Shown: positions 10,544-20,928 of the stretch, piece by piece | Layout of the letters: the number at the start of each line of letters is the position of its first letter | Numbering within the stretch: position 1 is the stretch's first letter | Origin: a virus | Virus record (IMG/VR): IMGVR_UViG_3300042402_002055 | Location: 54,407 to 118,406 of that record | DNA: 64,000 nt | Direction: 5' to 3' (one strand) | Made by a program: the position numbers and the translations under genes | The notes under the pieces: generated by a model | Databases searched by the model: none | What the model saw: the letters and a program-made list of their open reading frames with translations, nothing else | Told to the model about the DNA's origin: nothing

Positions 10544-11409
10544 TGTTAAATAAAAAATATTTAATAGCAAATGGCTGTTCTTTTACCGAAGGTCACCATT
10601 TGGGAAACGAAGGGTCGTGGGCAAAATTTTTAGGTAGTAAATTGAATTTAGAGGTAATAAATTTGGCAAAAGGTGGTAGTGGAAATGATACCATAGTATG
10701 GCGAACTATGGAATTTTGTGAAATGAATAAAGATATTGCAAACAATTCATTATATGTAATTCAATTGAGTGAATGTTTAAGATACCACTTATATTTTGAT
10801 AATGGTATGGATAAACCACAGGAATGGCAAGTCACCCCTTTATGTTTTTTAAAAGGAATGGAGTGGAATAAAGGTGGAAATGGAGTTCAAAGTTGGATTT
10901 ATAAAAACAAAGAAGAGTTGGTTTATATTTACAATAATATAACATTTGCATTATATAAAACTTTTCAAAATATTTTATCAATTGTTTCTTATTTTGAATC
11001 AAAAGGATACCCATATATTATTTTTGATGGAATAAATGACCACAATCCAATAAAAGTTAATAATTCATATTATTTAAAAGAATCTTGGAATGATGATGCA
11101 AACGAACAATTTAAAATATTAACATCATTGGATATACAATTCCCAAATGATTATAAAAAATCTTTAGTAGATAGAGATTATGGTTATTTTATACATGAAA
11201 CATTAATAAAAAATATATTTTCAAATAAGAAAGTATTTAAAGAAATTCCAACAATGATGAAATTTGTTATGGAAATTGGTTTAAAAAATCATAATGATAG
11301 TGAATACTATTTTAGAGAAAATGGTGGCCACCCAAATATGGAAGCGGCTGACCAATGGGCAAATGTACTCAAAAATTATATAGAAGAAATATTTGGTAAA
11401 TCGGAATAA
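10543..11409 (+). CDS. SGNH-like protein (paralog 3)
   Basis: ANGCSFTEG, NLAKGGSGND, GGHPN. Confidence 0.65.
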   Translation: MLNKKYLIANGCSFTEGHHLGNEGSWAKFLGSKLNLEVINLAKGGSGNDTIVWRTMEFCEMNKDIANNSLYVIQLSECLRYHLYFDNGMDKPQEWQVTPLCFLKGMEWNKGGNGVQSWIYKNKEELVYIYNNITFALYKTFQNILSIVSYFESKGYPYIIFDGINDHNPIKVNNSYYLKESWNDDANEQFKILTSLDIQFPNDYKKSLVDRDYGYFIHETLIKNIFSNKKVFKEIPTMMKFVMEIGLKNHNDSEYYFRENGGHPNMEAADQWANVLKNYIEEIFGKSE

Positions 11410-11423
11410 ATTGTCTATATTAG
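11392..11423 (+). promoter_or_regulatory. TTTG-N20-TATATTAG promoter
   Basis: tttggtaaatcggaataaattgtctatattag. Confidence 0.75.
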
Positions 11424-11430
11424 ATATATT

Positions 11431-12315
11431 ATGGCAAGAGTATCATTTTCACAATATAGTATGTGGCATAGTTGTCCACAACAATACAAATTAGCATACA
11501 TAGATAAGTTAGGTGAATCATCATCTAACATTCATTCAATCTTTGGAACTGCAATGCACGAAACACTTCAAAACTATTTGGAGAAATGTTTAAGAATATC
11601 AAAGTCACAAGCTGACAAAATGATTGACTTGCAAGAGTATCTAAAAGAAAGAATGAGAGATGCATATCTTAAAGAAACCGAAGGGGAAATAGGAAATACT
11701 ACAATATGCACCAAAGAAGAAATGGTGGAGTTTTTAGAAGATGGAAATGTCTTATTAGATTGGTTTCAAAAACCCAAAAACTTTAACAAATTCTTTTCGT
11801 TAAAACACGATGAGTTGGTAGCAATTGAACAACCTATAAACACAAAGATTTCAGAGAATGTAAACTTTATGGGTTTCATAGATTTGATTATCAGAGACAC
11901 ATTTACAGGTAGATACAGAATTATTGACTTTAAAACTTCTACAAGAGGTTGGAGTAAGTATCAAAAATCAGACCCAGTTAAAAACGCACAAATCTTATTA
12001 TACAAAAAGTTCTATGCCGAATTGATTGGTATTTCGGAAGATGTGATTGATGTTGAATTTATTATTTTGAAAAGAAAAGTAGAAGTAAGAGAGGATATCC
12101 CAACACATAGAATTAGTAAACACATACCTGCAAATGGTAAGGTATCAGTCAACAAAGCCTGGAAGGGTTTTACGGAATTTGTCGAAAGTGTATTTGACAA
12201 AGATGGTAATTATAGAACCGATATAGAGTTCCCAAAGAATGCAACCAAACTATGTGAATGGTGTGAGTTTTTTGATAGAGGAATATGTGATAGAGGATTA
12301 AAAAATTTAAATTAA
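11431..12315 (+). CDS. PD-(D/E)xK nuclease (RecB/Cas4-like, Fe-S Cys motif)
   Basis: SCP, FGTAMH, GFIDL, IIDFKT, QILLY, CEWCEF..C. Confidence 0.85.
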   Translation: MARVSFSQYSMWHSCPQQYKLAYIDKLGESSSNIHSIFGTAMHETLQNYLEKCLRISKSQADKMIDLQEYLKERMRDAYLKETEGEIGNTTICTKEEMVEFLEDGNVLLDWFQKPKNFNKFFSLKHDELVAIEQPINTKISENVNFMGFIDLIIRDTFTGRYRIIDFKTSTRGWSKYQKSDPVKNAQILLYKKFYAELIGISEDVIDVEFIILKRKVEVREDIPTHRISKHIPANGKVSVNKAWKGFTEFVESVFDKDGNYRTDIEFPKNATKLCEWCEFFDRGICDRGLKNLN

Positions 12316-12340
12316 ACAATATATATTTTAAAAATAAGTT

Positions 12341-13723
12341 ATGGCAAAAAAGAAGATTCTGTTATTATCAGATGATTTAAGAATGGCAAGTGGTATTGCC
12401 AATGTTTCCAAACAATTAGTATTAGGAACGGTTGATAAGTATGATTGGGTTCAATTGGGAGCAGCAATCAAACATCCAGAAGCTGGTAAGGTTTTAGACT
12501 TAAACGATAGTGTTAGAGAACAAACCGGTGTAAAAGATGCAAGTGTAAAAATTTACCCATCGGATGGTTATGGTAATCCGGATATTATCAGACAATTGTT
12601 GATGGTTGAAAAACCTGATGCAATCTTACACTTTACAGACCCGAGATATTGGATTTGGTTGTATGAAATGGAACATGAAGTTCGTCAATCAGTACCTTTA
12701 TTCTTTTATCATATTTGGGATGATTTACCAGACCCAAAATACAATAGAGATTACTACGAAAGTTGTGATTGGATTGGATGTATTTCTAAACAAACTTATG
12801 GTATTACCAAAAGAGTATATAGTTGGGATAAAGAAAAACATTGGACTAAGCCTGAAGATTGGCAAGTAAGTTATGTACCACATGGTATCAATTCGGACTT
12901 ATACAAACCGGTAGAAGTTCCAAAAGATTTTAAAGAAAGTATATTTGGTGATAAAGAATATGATTTCGTATTGTATTGGAGTAATAGAAACATTCGTAGA
13001 AAACAACCAATTGATGTAATTCTTGCGTTTGACAAATTCGTTGAAGCATTGGCACCTGAACATAGAGATAAAGTATGTTTATTAATGCATACCGAACCTG
13101 TACAAGAACATGGTACAGATTTACCTAGAACAATTGCAGAATGTTGTTCATCAGAAACAAATGTAGTATTTGCACCGAACCGATACAATGAAGAACAATT
13201 AAACTATCTTTACAATATGGGTGATGTGACAATCAATGTTGCATCTAACGAAGGATTTGGATTAGCAACCGCTGAATCGGTAATGGCCGGAACTCCAATC
13301 ATCGTAACGGTGACTGGTGGATTACAAGACCAATGTGGATTTAGAGAAAACGGAACGGGTAAATTACTTACGGCAGATGATTATGTAGAGATTGGTTCTT
13401 TACACGATAGACATAGAAAAGCAGGTGTAGTTTGGGGAGATTGGGTTAAACCAATTTGGCCAGTTCGTTCAACAACGGGTTCAGTTCCTACTCCATATAT
13501 CTTTGATGATAGAGTTGATTTTGAAGATATATCTCCATTGATTATGGATTGGTATAAAATGCCAAAAGAGGACAGAGAATCGGCCGGACTAAAAGGTAGA
13601 AAACACTTTTTAGGAGAAGGTGGATTGAGTAGAGAAAATATGTGTCAAACATTAGTAGATGGTATGGAAGGTGCATTTGCAAATTGGAAACCAAAACAAA
13701 AATTTAAGTTAATAGAGTTATAA
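12341..13723 (+). CDS. glycosyltransferase, GT4 (GT-B)
   Basis: NRNIRRK, NEGFGL..AES..AGTP, TGGL. Confidence 0.85.
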   Translation: MAKKKILLLSDDLRMASGIANVSKQLVLGTVDKYDWVQLGAAIKHPEAGKVLDLNDSVREQTGVKDASVKIYPSDGYGNPDIIRQLLMVEKPDAILHFTDPRYWIWLYEMEHEVRQSVPLFFYHIWDDLPDPKYNRDYYESCDWIGCISKQTYGITKRVYSWDKEKHWTKPEDWQVSYVPHGINSDLYKPVEVPKDFKESIFGDKEYDFVLYWSNRNIRRKQPIDVILAFDKFVEALAPEHRDKVCLLMHTEPVQEHGTDLPRTIAECCSSETNVVFAPNRYNEEQLNYLYNMGDVTINVASNEGFGLATAESVMAGTPIIVTVTGGLQDQCGFRENGTGKLLTADDYVEIGSLHDRHRKAGVVWGDWVKPIWPVRSTTGSVPTPYIFDDRVDFEDISPLIMDWYKMPKEDRESAGLKGRKHFLGEGGLSRENMCQTLVDGMEGAFANWKPKQKFKLIEL

Positions 13724-13724
13724 T

Positions 13725-14993
13725 ATGAAACCAACATTAGTATTTCAGGCACCAGTAGCAACAAGAAGTGGGTATGGTGACCACGCGAGAGATTTATTAC
13801 ATTCTCTTTATAAATTAGATAAGTTTGAAATTAAAGTAATTAGCACTCGTTGGGGACAAACTCCAATGGATGCACTTAATTATGACAATCCATTTCATAA
13901 GTGGGTAGTAGACAGTATTATTCCAAAAATTGACCAAAAACCTGACATTTATATTCAGGTTACTGTACCAAATGAATTTCAACCATTGGGATTCTACAAT
14001 ATAGGAATCACTGCCGCAATTGAAACCACACATTGTGCATTAGATTGGATACATGGTTGTAATAGAATGGATTTAATATTAGTACCATCCGAACATTCTA
14101 AGAAAAGTTTAGTTGATACAATTTATAATGAGGCTGATAAAAATAGTGGCCAATTGATTGCACAACATAAAATTCAGAAACCAGTTGAGATTATTTTTGA
14201 AGGATTTGATGAGATGGATTTCGGAACAGATACAATTGAACACATTACTGAATTGGATTCAATCAAAGAAGATTTTGCATTTCTATTCGTAGGACATTGG
14301 TTAAGAGGTGATTTGGGTGAAGATAGAAAGAATGTTGGAATGATGATTAAAACATTTGCAATGGCTTTCAAAAATGAAAAAGTTAAACCGGCATTAGTAT
14401 TGAAGACAAGTTCGGCTGGATTTAGTGTAATGGACAGAGAAAACACCATTAAGAAAATTAGAGAAGTATTGGGTAGTGATTATAAAAAAGTTCCAATTTA
14501 TCTATTGCATGGTGATTTAACACCGGCACAAATGAATGGACTATATGAACATAAAAAAGTAAAGGCAATGTTAAACTTCACAAAGGGTGAGGGATTTGGT
14601 AGACCTTTATTAGAATTCAGTTTGACAGGTAAGCCGGTTATCGTATCTAATTGGTCTGGCCATTTGGATTTCCTAAAACAAGGTGCCGTATTATTAGAAG
14701 GTGAATTAAAAAATGTACATGAATCAGCTGCAGACCAATTCTTATTAAAAGAATCCAGTTGGTTTAATGTTAATATTTCAAAGGCATTGACTACAATCAA
14801 AGATGTTTATAAAAATTACGACAAATATAAAGTAGATTCATCTCAATTAGGTAAACAAAATAAACAAAATTTCAGTTTAGAGAAAATGACTAAATTGTTT
14901 GATGTAATTTTAAATCAGTATGGTATTTATACTAAGATACAACCAAAGTTTCAACAATTACAATTACCAAAATTGAAGATGTTAAATAAATAA
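13725..14993 (+). CDS. glycosyltransferase, GT4 (GT-B)
   Basis: SGYG, RKNVG, GEGFGRPLLE, NWSGHLDF. Confidence 0.85.
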   Translation: MKPTLVFQAPVATRSGYGDHARDLLHSLYKLDKFEIKVISTRWGQTPMDALNYDNPFHKWVVDSIIPKIDQKPDIYIQVTVPNEFQPLGFYNIGITAAIETTHCALDWIHGCNRMDLILVPSEHSKKSLVDTIYNEADKNSGQLIAQHKIQKPVEIIFEGFDEMDFGTDTIEHITELDSIKEDFAFLFVGHWLRGDLGEDRKNVGMMIKTFAMAFKNEKVKPALVLKTSSAGFSVMDRENTIKKIREVLGSDYKKVPIYLLHGDLTPAQMNGLYEHKKVKAMLNFTKGEGFGRPLLEFSLTGKPVIVSNWSGHLDFLKQGAVLLEGELKNVHESAADQFLLKESSWFNVNISKALTTIKDVYKNYDKYKVDSSQLGKQNKQNFSLEKMTKLFDVILNQYGIYTKIQPKFQQLQLPKLKMLNK

Positions 14994-14994
14994 A

Positions 14995-15507
14995 ATGTAC
15001 ACAAAAATATACCAAAGATATGTAAAGTCCAAAAAGAGAGTGGCAGATGCTCTTAGAACAATGGAGAGAGGTAATTTCTATCAATTATTGGAATACGATT
15101 ACATAGATGTAGAAGATTCTAAAACTTGGTCAGCATCAACAGCACCGATAATATATGTTCTATATGTTTCAGCAAAAGATGATTTGGTACATGCTATAAA
15201 ATTATCCGATATTAATCCAGTCACTGTAAAAAGATTGTTTGGTAAATTGGTGGACGAAGCCGATGGTGAATTAGATTTAGGAAAGAAAGCTTCATCTGCT
15301 TATGAAAATAAAATAAAAAATATGAAGTTTTTTTCAAAAAACTTTTACAGAACATACAAACTTTCGGGTATTAGGAGAGTATCATCTTTGGATATGGATA
15401 TTGCCAATTTGGTTCCAAAAGCAAAACTAAAAAATATTAAAGATGGATACGCGGTATATAGTAGAACAAATAAAAAGAGAAATATAGACACAAATCCAAA
15501 CGATTAA
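14995..15507 (+). CDS. hypothetical protein
   Basis: 170-aa basic ORF. Confidence 0.6.
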   Translation: MYTKIYQRYVKSKKRVADALRTMERGNFYQLLEYDYIDVEDSKTWSASTAPIIYVLYVSAKDDLVHAIKLSDINPVTVKRLFGKLVDEADGELDLGKKASSAYENKIKNMKFFSKNFYRTYKLSGIRRVSSLDMDIANLVPKAKLKNIKDGYAVYSRTNKKRNIDTNPND

Positions 15508-15520
15508 AAAATAAATAGTT

Positions 15521-15901
15521 ATGACATCAAAAGAATTCGTTATTTGGTTAAAGGGTTTTACGGAAGGAGTCCATGAATTTGCAATTACTCCAAAACAATG
15601 GGATTACCTAAAAGAAAAATTAGCAGAGGTTAAGGATGAAGAACCAATAGGATTTCCATTTGGAGTTCCGAATACTGCACCAATACAAACACTACCACAT
15701 ATTACACCAGGTCCATTGACAGACCCATACAATCCATATAAAGTAACTTGTACACCAGGAACAACAATTACAACAACACCAGGTGTTGGTTCTATTACAA
15801 TATCTAATCCACCATTTGGATTTGGAAGTACATCAACTGCCTATGGATACCCAAGTGGTTCTGCATGGAGTTATACAACATCAAACGAAAAAGTATTTTA
15901 A
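15521..15901 (+). CDS. hypothetical protein (P/T/G-rich tail)
   Basis: MTSKEFVIWLKGF N-terminus typical of phage hypotheticals. Confidence 0.65.
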   Translation: MTSKEFVIWLKGFTEGVHEFAITPKQWDYLKEKLAEVKDEEPIGFPFGVPNTAPIQTLPHITPGPLTDPYNPYKVTCTPGTTITTTPGVGSITISNPPFGFGSTSTAYGYPSGSAWSYTTSNEKVF

Positions 15902-16524
15902 TGAAATTAAGTTACGCGATAACGGCTTGTAATGAAGTCGAAGAAACAATTAGATTAGTAAGTCAGTTGTTAAACTACAAAGAAGAAAATTCAGAAATAG
16001 TAGTTCTGCTAGATACACCAAAAGCTCCTACGGAATTGATAGAATATTTGGAATTACAAGGTAATGCTGATAAGATTACTTTGATTGAATCCGAATTTAA
16101 TAATGACTTTGCACAATGGAAAAACTTACTAAATTCGGAATGTAAGGGTGAGTGGATATTCCAATTAGATGCGGATGAGTTTTTAGAACCAGATTTAATT
16201 TATAATTTAGAAGATATATTGGAGACGAATGTTGATAAAGATTTAATATTAGTTCCAAGAATAAATACCGTAGAAGGTTTAACCGAATCACATATTCAAA
16301 AGTGGGGTTGGAAAGTGGATGAAAAAGGTTGGGTAAACTTTCCTGATGTTCAAACTCGTATTTACAAAAACAAAGAAACCATTGGTTGGAGTGGTAAAGT
16401 ACATGAAAGAATTGGTGGATTTGAATCTTATACAAATTTTCCATTTGAAGAAATTTATTGTATCAAACATCCAAAGACAATAGAAAGACAAGAAAGACAG
16501 AATAACTACTACGATACTTTATAA
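15901..16524 (+). CDS. glycosyltransferase, GT2
   Basis: WIFQLDADE, PDVQTRI, GKVHE; start moved to 15901. Confidence 0.8.
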   Translation: MKLSYAITACNEVEETIRLVSQLLNYKEENSEIVVLLDTPKAPTELIEYLELQGNADKITLIESEFNNDFAQWKNLLNSECKGEWIFQLDADEFLEPDLIYNLEDILETNVDKDLILVPRINTVEGLTESHIQKWGWKVDEKGWVNFPDVQTRIYKNKETIGWSGKVHERIGGFESYTNFPFEEIYCIKHPKTIERQERQNNYYDTL

Positions 16525-17153
16525 TGGTTCACATATACTATCACATATACGCAATTGATGGTGTTGAATCTATAATAGATGAACAATTAAGTTTAATCAA
16601 AAAACACTTTGATTTTCCTTACAAATTAAATGTAGGGATTTCTATTGCAGACGATAATACCTCAATAGATTATATCATTAACAAATTTGAAAAAATTAGA
16701 GATGTAAGGTCTAAGGGTAATGAATTTGTTACATTGGATTTAATAGAAAAAGATAAAGAAAAATTTGGAGATTCCGATTATATTTTGTATATTCATACCA
16801 AAGGTGCTTCAAAACAAAACTTAGAAAATGTAGTAAGTTGGAGACATCTTATGAATTATTTTAATATTGAAAAATATAAAAATATATTTAAAATTTTTGA
16901 AAAAACAGATTATAATACATATGGAGTTTTATTGGGAAGTGCCGGAAAATGGAAATTATATTCAGGTAATTTTTGGTGGGCAAAGTCATCGTATGTAAAA
17001 ACAATAAAAATGGACGGAGTTAGGAAAAATAGATTTAATGCCGAAGTTGATTATATTCAAAACGGAGTAGATTGGAAACCATACTCATCATACAATAGAG
17101 AGGGAGAAAATCATTATTCAATTTTATTTAAAAGAGAAGAATATGCAAAATAA
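16524..17153 (+). CDS. glycan-locus protein (putative glycosyltransferase)
   Basis: YIHTKG, YSGNFWWA motifs; context. Confidence 0.5.
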   Translation: MVHIYYHIYAIDGVESIIDEQLSLIKKHFDFPYKLNVGISIADDNTSIDYIINKFEKIRDVRSKGNEFVTLDLIEKDKEKFGDSDYILYIHTKGASKQNLENVVSWRHLMNYFNIEKYKNIFKIFEKTDYNTYGVLLGSAGKWKLYSGNFWWAKSSYVKTIKMDGVRKNRFNAEVDYIQNGVDWKPYSSYNREGENHYSILFKREEYAK

Positions 17154-18042
17154 AATAACATTTATATACGATTATAAAGACGGAGAAATTTGGTCAACTC
17201 CAATGGCTTTACTGAATGAGTTTAAAGAAAGAGGTTGGGAAACCGAAATAGTGCCAATACCAAATGGAGATGATTCTCAGTTACAATTATGGATTCAACA
17301 AGATACACCAACTGACATTGTATTATTTATGGATTGGGGTAGAATTGATTCTAAATGGTTGGACAAATCATTAAAACCCAATGCATTTTGGATTCAGGAA
17401 AGTGGTGATGACCCACAAAACTTTGAAAGAAATTATCCTAAAGCAAATCGTTTTCATTACACAATTACACCGGATAAACAATCTGCAATTGAATATAGAA
17501 ATAGAGGTATAAATGCAGAATGGGTAAATCACTTTGCAGATACCAAAGTTCAATTCCCAATGAATTTAGAACCCGAATATACTGCAGTCACTACAAGAGG
17601 ATTTGGTAATTCGGAATTTTTAGATTATATTACAAATTGGGCCGAAGGTGCAATAGGTAATAAAAATGGTTTAGGCCCAAAAGAACACACCGAATTTTTG
17701 AACAAAGGATTGGTAGTTATTCAAAATAGTAGATGGGGAGAAATTACTCGTAGAATTTTTGAAGGTATGGCTTGTGGTAAATTGGTTATCACAGATAGGT
17801 TACCGGAAAGTAGAGGATTGAATGAAGTATTTGTAGAAGGTGAAGAAATTATTTTATACAATGATATGTTTGATTGTATTGAAAAGATAAACTATTATGC
17901 AGAAAATGAAGAAGAACGAGAAAAAATTGCACATAATGGAATGATAAAAGTATTACACAATTATACACAAATTCAAGTAGTAGACAAATTAATAAAAGAA
18001 TATGAAAATTTTAATAACAGGAGTAGCAGGACTATTGGGTAG
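17143..18042 (+). CDS. glycosyltransferase (CgeB/Glyco_trans_1_2-like)
   Basis: RIFEGMACG..ITD, F.EGEEI..Y, REKIA.NG..HNY. Confidence 0.8.
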   Translation: MQNKITFIYDYKDGEIWSTPMALLNEFKERGWETEIVPIPNGDDSQLQLWIQQDTPTDIVLFMDWGRIDSKWLDKSLKPNAFWIQESGDDPQNFERNYPKANRFHYTITPDKQSAIEYRNRGINAEWVNHFADTKVQFPMNLEPEYTAVTTRGFGNSEFLDYITNWAEGAIGNKNGLGPKEHTEFLNKGLVVIQNSRWGEITRRIFEGMACGKLVITDRLPESRGLNEVFVEGEEIILYNDMFDCIEKINYYAENEEEREKIAHNGMIKVLHNYTQIQVVDKLIKEYENFNNRSSRTIG

Positions 18043-18994
18043 TCGATTGGCCGATTGGATTATTGAAAATGTACCAGATGCAGAAGTCGTTGGTATTGAT
18101 GATTTAAGTGGTGGGTATAGAGAAAATGTAAATCCTAAAGTAATATTTTGGCAACAAAATTTAGTAGAACATCCAATTGAAAATGCATTTGATGTACATA
18201 GATTTGATTATGTATTTCATTTAGCTGCATATGCTGCAGAAGGATTATCACCATTTATCAGACAATATAATTACGAAAATAATTTAGTTGCAACTGCAAG
18301 AATTATAAACAATTGTATAAAGTATAATGTAAAAAGATTAGTATTCACATCTACACTTGCCGTATATGGTTATGGTGATGGGGGTGTATTTGATGAAATA
18401 CAAATACCAAAACCAATTGACCCATATGGAGTTGCAAAGTATGCATGTGAGATGGATATTCAAATAGCAAATGAACAACATGGATTAGATTATTGTATCA
18501 TTAGACCACACAATGTATATGGTAGAAATCAAAACATTTGGGACAAATATCGTAATGTGTTAGGTATCTGGATGTATCAACATATGATTAATGAATCAAT
18601 GACTATCTTTGGTGATGGAAACCAAACAAGAGCATTTAGTTGTATAGATGATATTGTAGAACCATTATGGAAGTCGGCAATTTTACCAGAAGCATCTAAA
18701 CAAATTATCAATTTAGGTGGAATAGAAGAGTGGTCTATTAATAATGCTAATGTAGTATTAAGAGAGGTGTTAGGAGGTGGAGAGGTAAAATATTTTGAAG
18801 GAAGACACGAAGTAAAACATTCAATTCCTACATTCCAAAAGTCGATAGACATATTAGGATTTGAACATAAAACTTCTTTGAAGGATGGTTTAACTGATAT
18901 GTGGAATTGGTCACAAGAACAACCAAAAAGAGAAAGATTTGTATGGCCATCATATGAGTTAGATAATGGAATTTATTCATTTTGGAAAAAATAA
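18002..18994 (+). CDS. NAD-dependent nucleotide-sugar epimerase/dehydratase
   Basis: GVAGLLG, YGVAK, RPHNVYG, GDGNQTRAF. Confidence 0.9.
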   Translation: MKILITGVAGLLGSRLADWIIENVPDAEVVGIDDLSGGYRENVNPKVIFWQQNLVEHPIENAFDVHRFDYVFHLAAYAAEGLSPFIRQYNYENNLVATARIINNCIKYNVKRLVFTSTLAVYGYGDGGVFDEIQIPKPIDPYGVAKYACEMDIQIANEQHGLDYCIIRPHNVYGRNQNIWDKYRNVLGIWMYQHMINESMTIFGDGNQTRAFSCIDDIVEPLWKSAILPEASKQIINLGGIEEWSINNANVVLREVLGGGEVKYFEGRHEVKHSIPTFQKSIDILGFEHKTSLKDGLTDMWNWSQEQPKRERFVWPSYELDNGIYSFWKK

Positions 18995-18997
18995 AGT

Positions 18998-19570
18998 ATG
19001 ATAGAATTTATTATACCAACATACAATAGACCACATCAATTATTAACAATAATTGGTTCTATACTTTCTCAAAATAATCCAAATTGGAAAATTCATATAG
19101 TAGCAGATGCAAAATATAATGGATATGATGATATAAAAAGAATATTCTCAAATATAGATAAAATAAAGTTTAGTGAATTACAAGGGCCACATAATGATTG
19201 GGGCCACACACCGAGACAATATGGGTTGGATAATGCAACAACGGAATGGGTAGTGATGTCAGGTGATGATAATTATTATACACCAAATTTTGTAAATGAA
19301 TTTATTTCAAAAATAAATAATAATATAAATTTCATATATTGTGACATGATACATAATCATATCAATTATAAATATTTTAATTCAGAACCAATGATAAATA
19401 AAATTGACATAGGAAATTTTGCAGTTAGAACTGAATATGCTAAACTTATTAAATTTAATAAAGGAAGTTATGGAGCCGATGGTGAATTTGTTGAAGAATA
19501 TGTGGATAAATTTTGCAAAGAAAAAAATAACATTGAAAAAATAAATGCAGCATTATATGTCCACAACTAA
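18998..19570 (+). CDS. glycosyltransferase, GT2
   Basis: IIPTYNR, GDDNYY. Confidence 0.8.
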   Translation: MIEFIIPTYNRPHQLLTIIGSILSQNNPNWKIHIVADAKYNGYDDIKRIFSNIDKIKFSELQGPHNDWGHTPRQYGLDNATTEWVVMSGDDNYYTPNFVNEFISKINNNINFIYCDMIHNHINYKYFNSEPMINKIDIGNFAVRTEYAKLIKFNKGSYGADGEFVEEYVDKFCKEKNNIEKINAALYVHN

Positions 19571-20207
19571 ATTCTCAGTAGTAATTCCTACACTTTGGAA
19601 ATCAGATAGAACAAAAAAACTACTTTCGGATTTAAACGAATGTGAGTATGTCGATGAAATAATCGTAATAGATAATGAATACGATGGTTATCAAGATACA
19701 AAAGTTGAAAAAATTAGATTTGTTTCATTGGGAGGAAACATTTATGTAAATCCTGCATGGAACAAAGGAATAGAATTGGCAAAGAATGAATGTATTGCAT
19801 TGATAAATGATGATATAAACTTTAATCCAAACATATTCGAAGTAATAAGTGAAGATATATTAAATCAGTTTGGTATTATTGGGATGGGTGAGGGTAATTA
19901 TAAATCTGTAAACATAGAGGGTGACCCAATATTAGAAGTATGGCAACCTGGTGTAAATGATTGGGGATGGGGTTGTTTTATTATGTTAAATAAAAAAGAT
20001 TGGATTGATATTCCTGATAATATTAAAATATGGTATGGTGATAATTTTATAAAAGATGTAAATCCATCACCAAAATCATGTTTAAGAAACTTTAAGGTAG
20101 AAACCGAAATGTCAACAACATCGGATGGTGATGAATGGAACGATAGAAAAAAAGAAGACCATATTAACTTTATAAATTATTTAAGAAATGGAAAAACTAC
20201 CAATTAG
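19557..20207 (+). CDS. glycosyltransferase, GT2
   Basis: SVVIPT, IVIDN, AWNKG, INDD, WYGD. Confidence 0.8.
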   Translation: MSTTKFSVVIPTLWKSDRTKKLLSDLNECEYVDEIIVIDNEYDGYQDTKVEKIRFVSLGGNIYVNPAWNKGIELAKNECIALINDDINFNPNIFEVISEDILNQFGIIGMGEGNYKSVNIEGDPILEVWQPGVNDWGWGCFIMLNKKDWIDIPDNIKIWYGDNFIKDVNPSPKSCLRNFKVETEMSTTSDGDEWNDRKKEDHINFINYLRNGKTTN

Positions 20208-20928
20208 TATAGGAATATTATCCTGGCATAGTGGACAAGTATTAGTAGATACATTAACCACATATCATAACAATGGATTATTTGATATGGTAAACGATGT
20301 CACTATCTTATTTCAGGAAGTAACTCCACAAGATATCCAAATTGCAACTCACTTTGGATTAGACTTTATAGGTTTACAAAAGAATATTGGAATAGGACAG
20401 GCATTTATTAGATTAACTGAAAATGCACAACAAGATTATGTTTTAGTATTAGAACATGATTGGAATTTGATTGAAGATAAACAAACTACATATGATAGAT
20501 TAAAAAGAAGTTATCAAGCAATCGAAATGGGATTGGATGTAGTTCGTTTAAGACATAGAGCAAATCCAGGTAATCCACATTTTTCATTTAGACATAAAGG
20601 TAAAGAACTTACCTATTATGATGATGAAATCGGATGTCAATCTCCACACTTATTAGATTCATTACATTGGTTAGACCCATCGGTTGAATTTCCAGAATAT
20701 ATAAAGAAAACCGAAGATATGTTTTGGACAACATCTCGTTATGGTAATTGGACAAATAACCCTTGCTTATACAAAAAACAATTTTACTTAGATACCGTTA
20801 AACCATTTGCAGGTGAGGGAATTGCATTGGAAGGGAATATTAGTAAATGGTGGGCCCAACAAGAATATAAAGTAGGACACAACGAAGGATTATTCATGCA
20901 TAACGATTGGCAAAAATATGGTAAATAA
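20188..20928 (+). CDS. putative glycosyltransferase (GT-A)
   Basis: NIGIG, LEHDW, WTNNP. Confidence 0.55.
   Translation: MEKLPISIGILSWHSGQVLVDTLTTYHNNGLFDMVNDVTILFQEVTPQDIQIATHFGLDFIGLQKNIGIGQAFIRLTENAQQDYVLVLEHDWNLIEDKQTTYDRLKRSYQAIEMGLDVVRLRHRANPGNPHFSFRHKGKELTYYDDEIGCQSPHLLDSLHWLDPSVEFPEYIKKTEDMFWTTSRYGNWTNNPCLYKKQFYLDTVKPFAGEGIALEGNISKWWAQQEYKVGHNEGLFMHNDWQKYGK

Noticed and set aside
11431-12315. Cas4 / CRISPR-Cas locus
   Set aside because: No repeat-spacer array or other cas genes seen in the window; solo PD-(D/E)xK nucleases are common in phages
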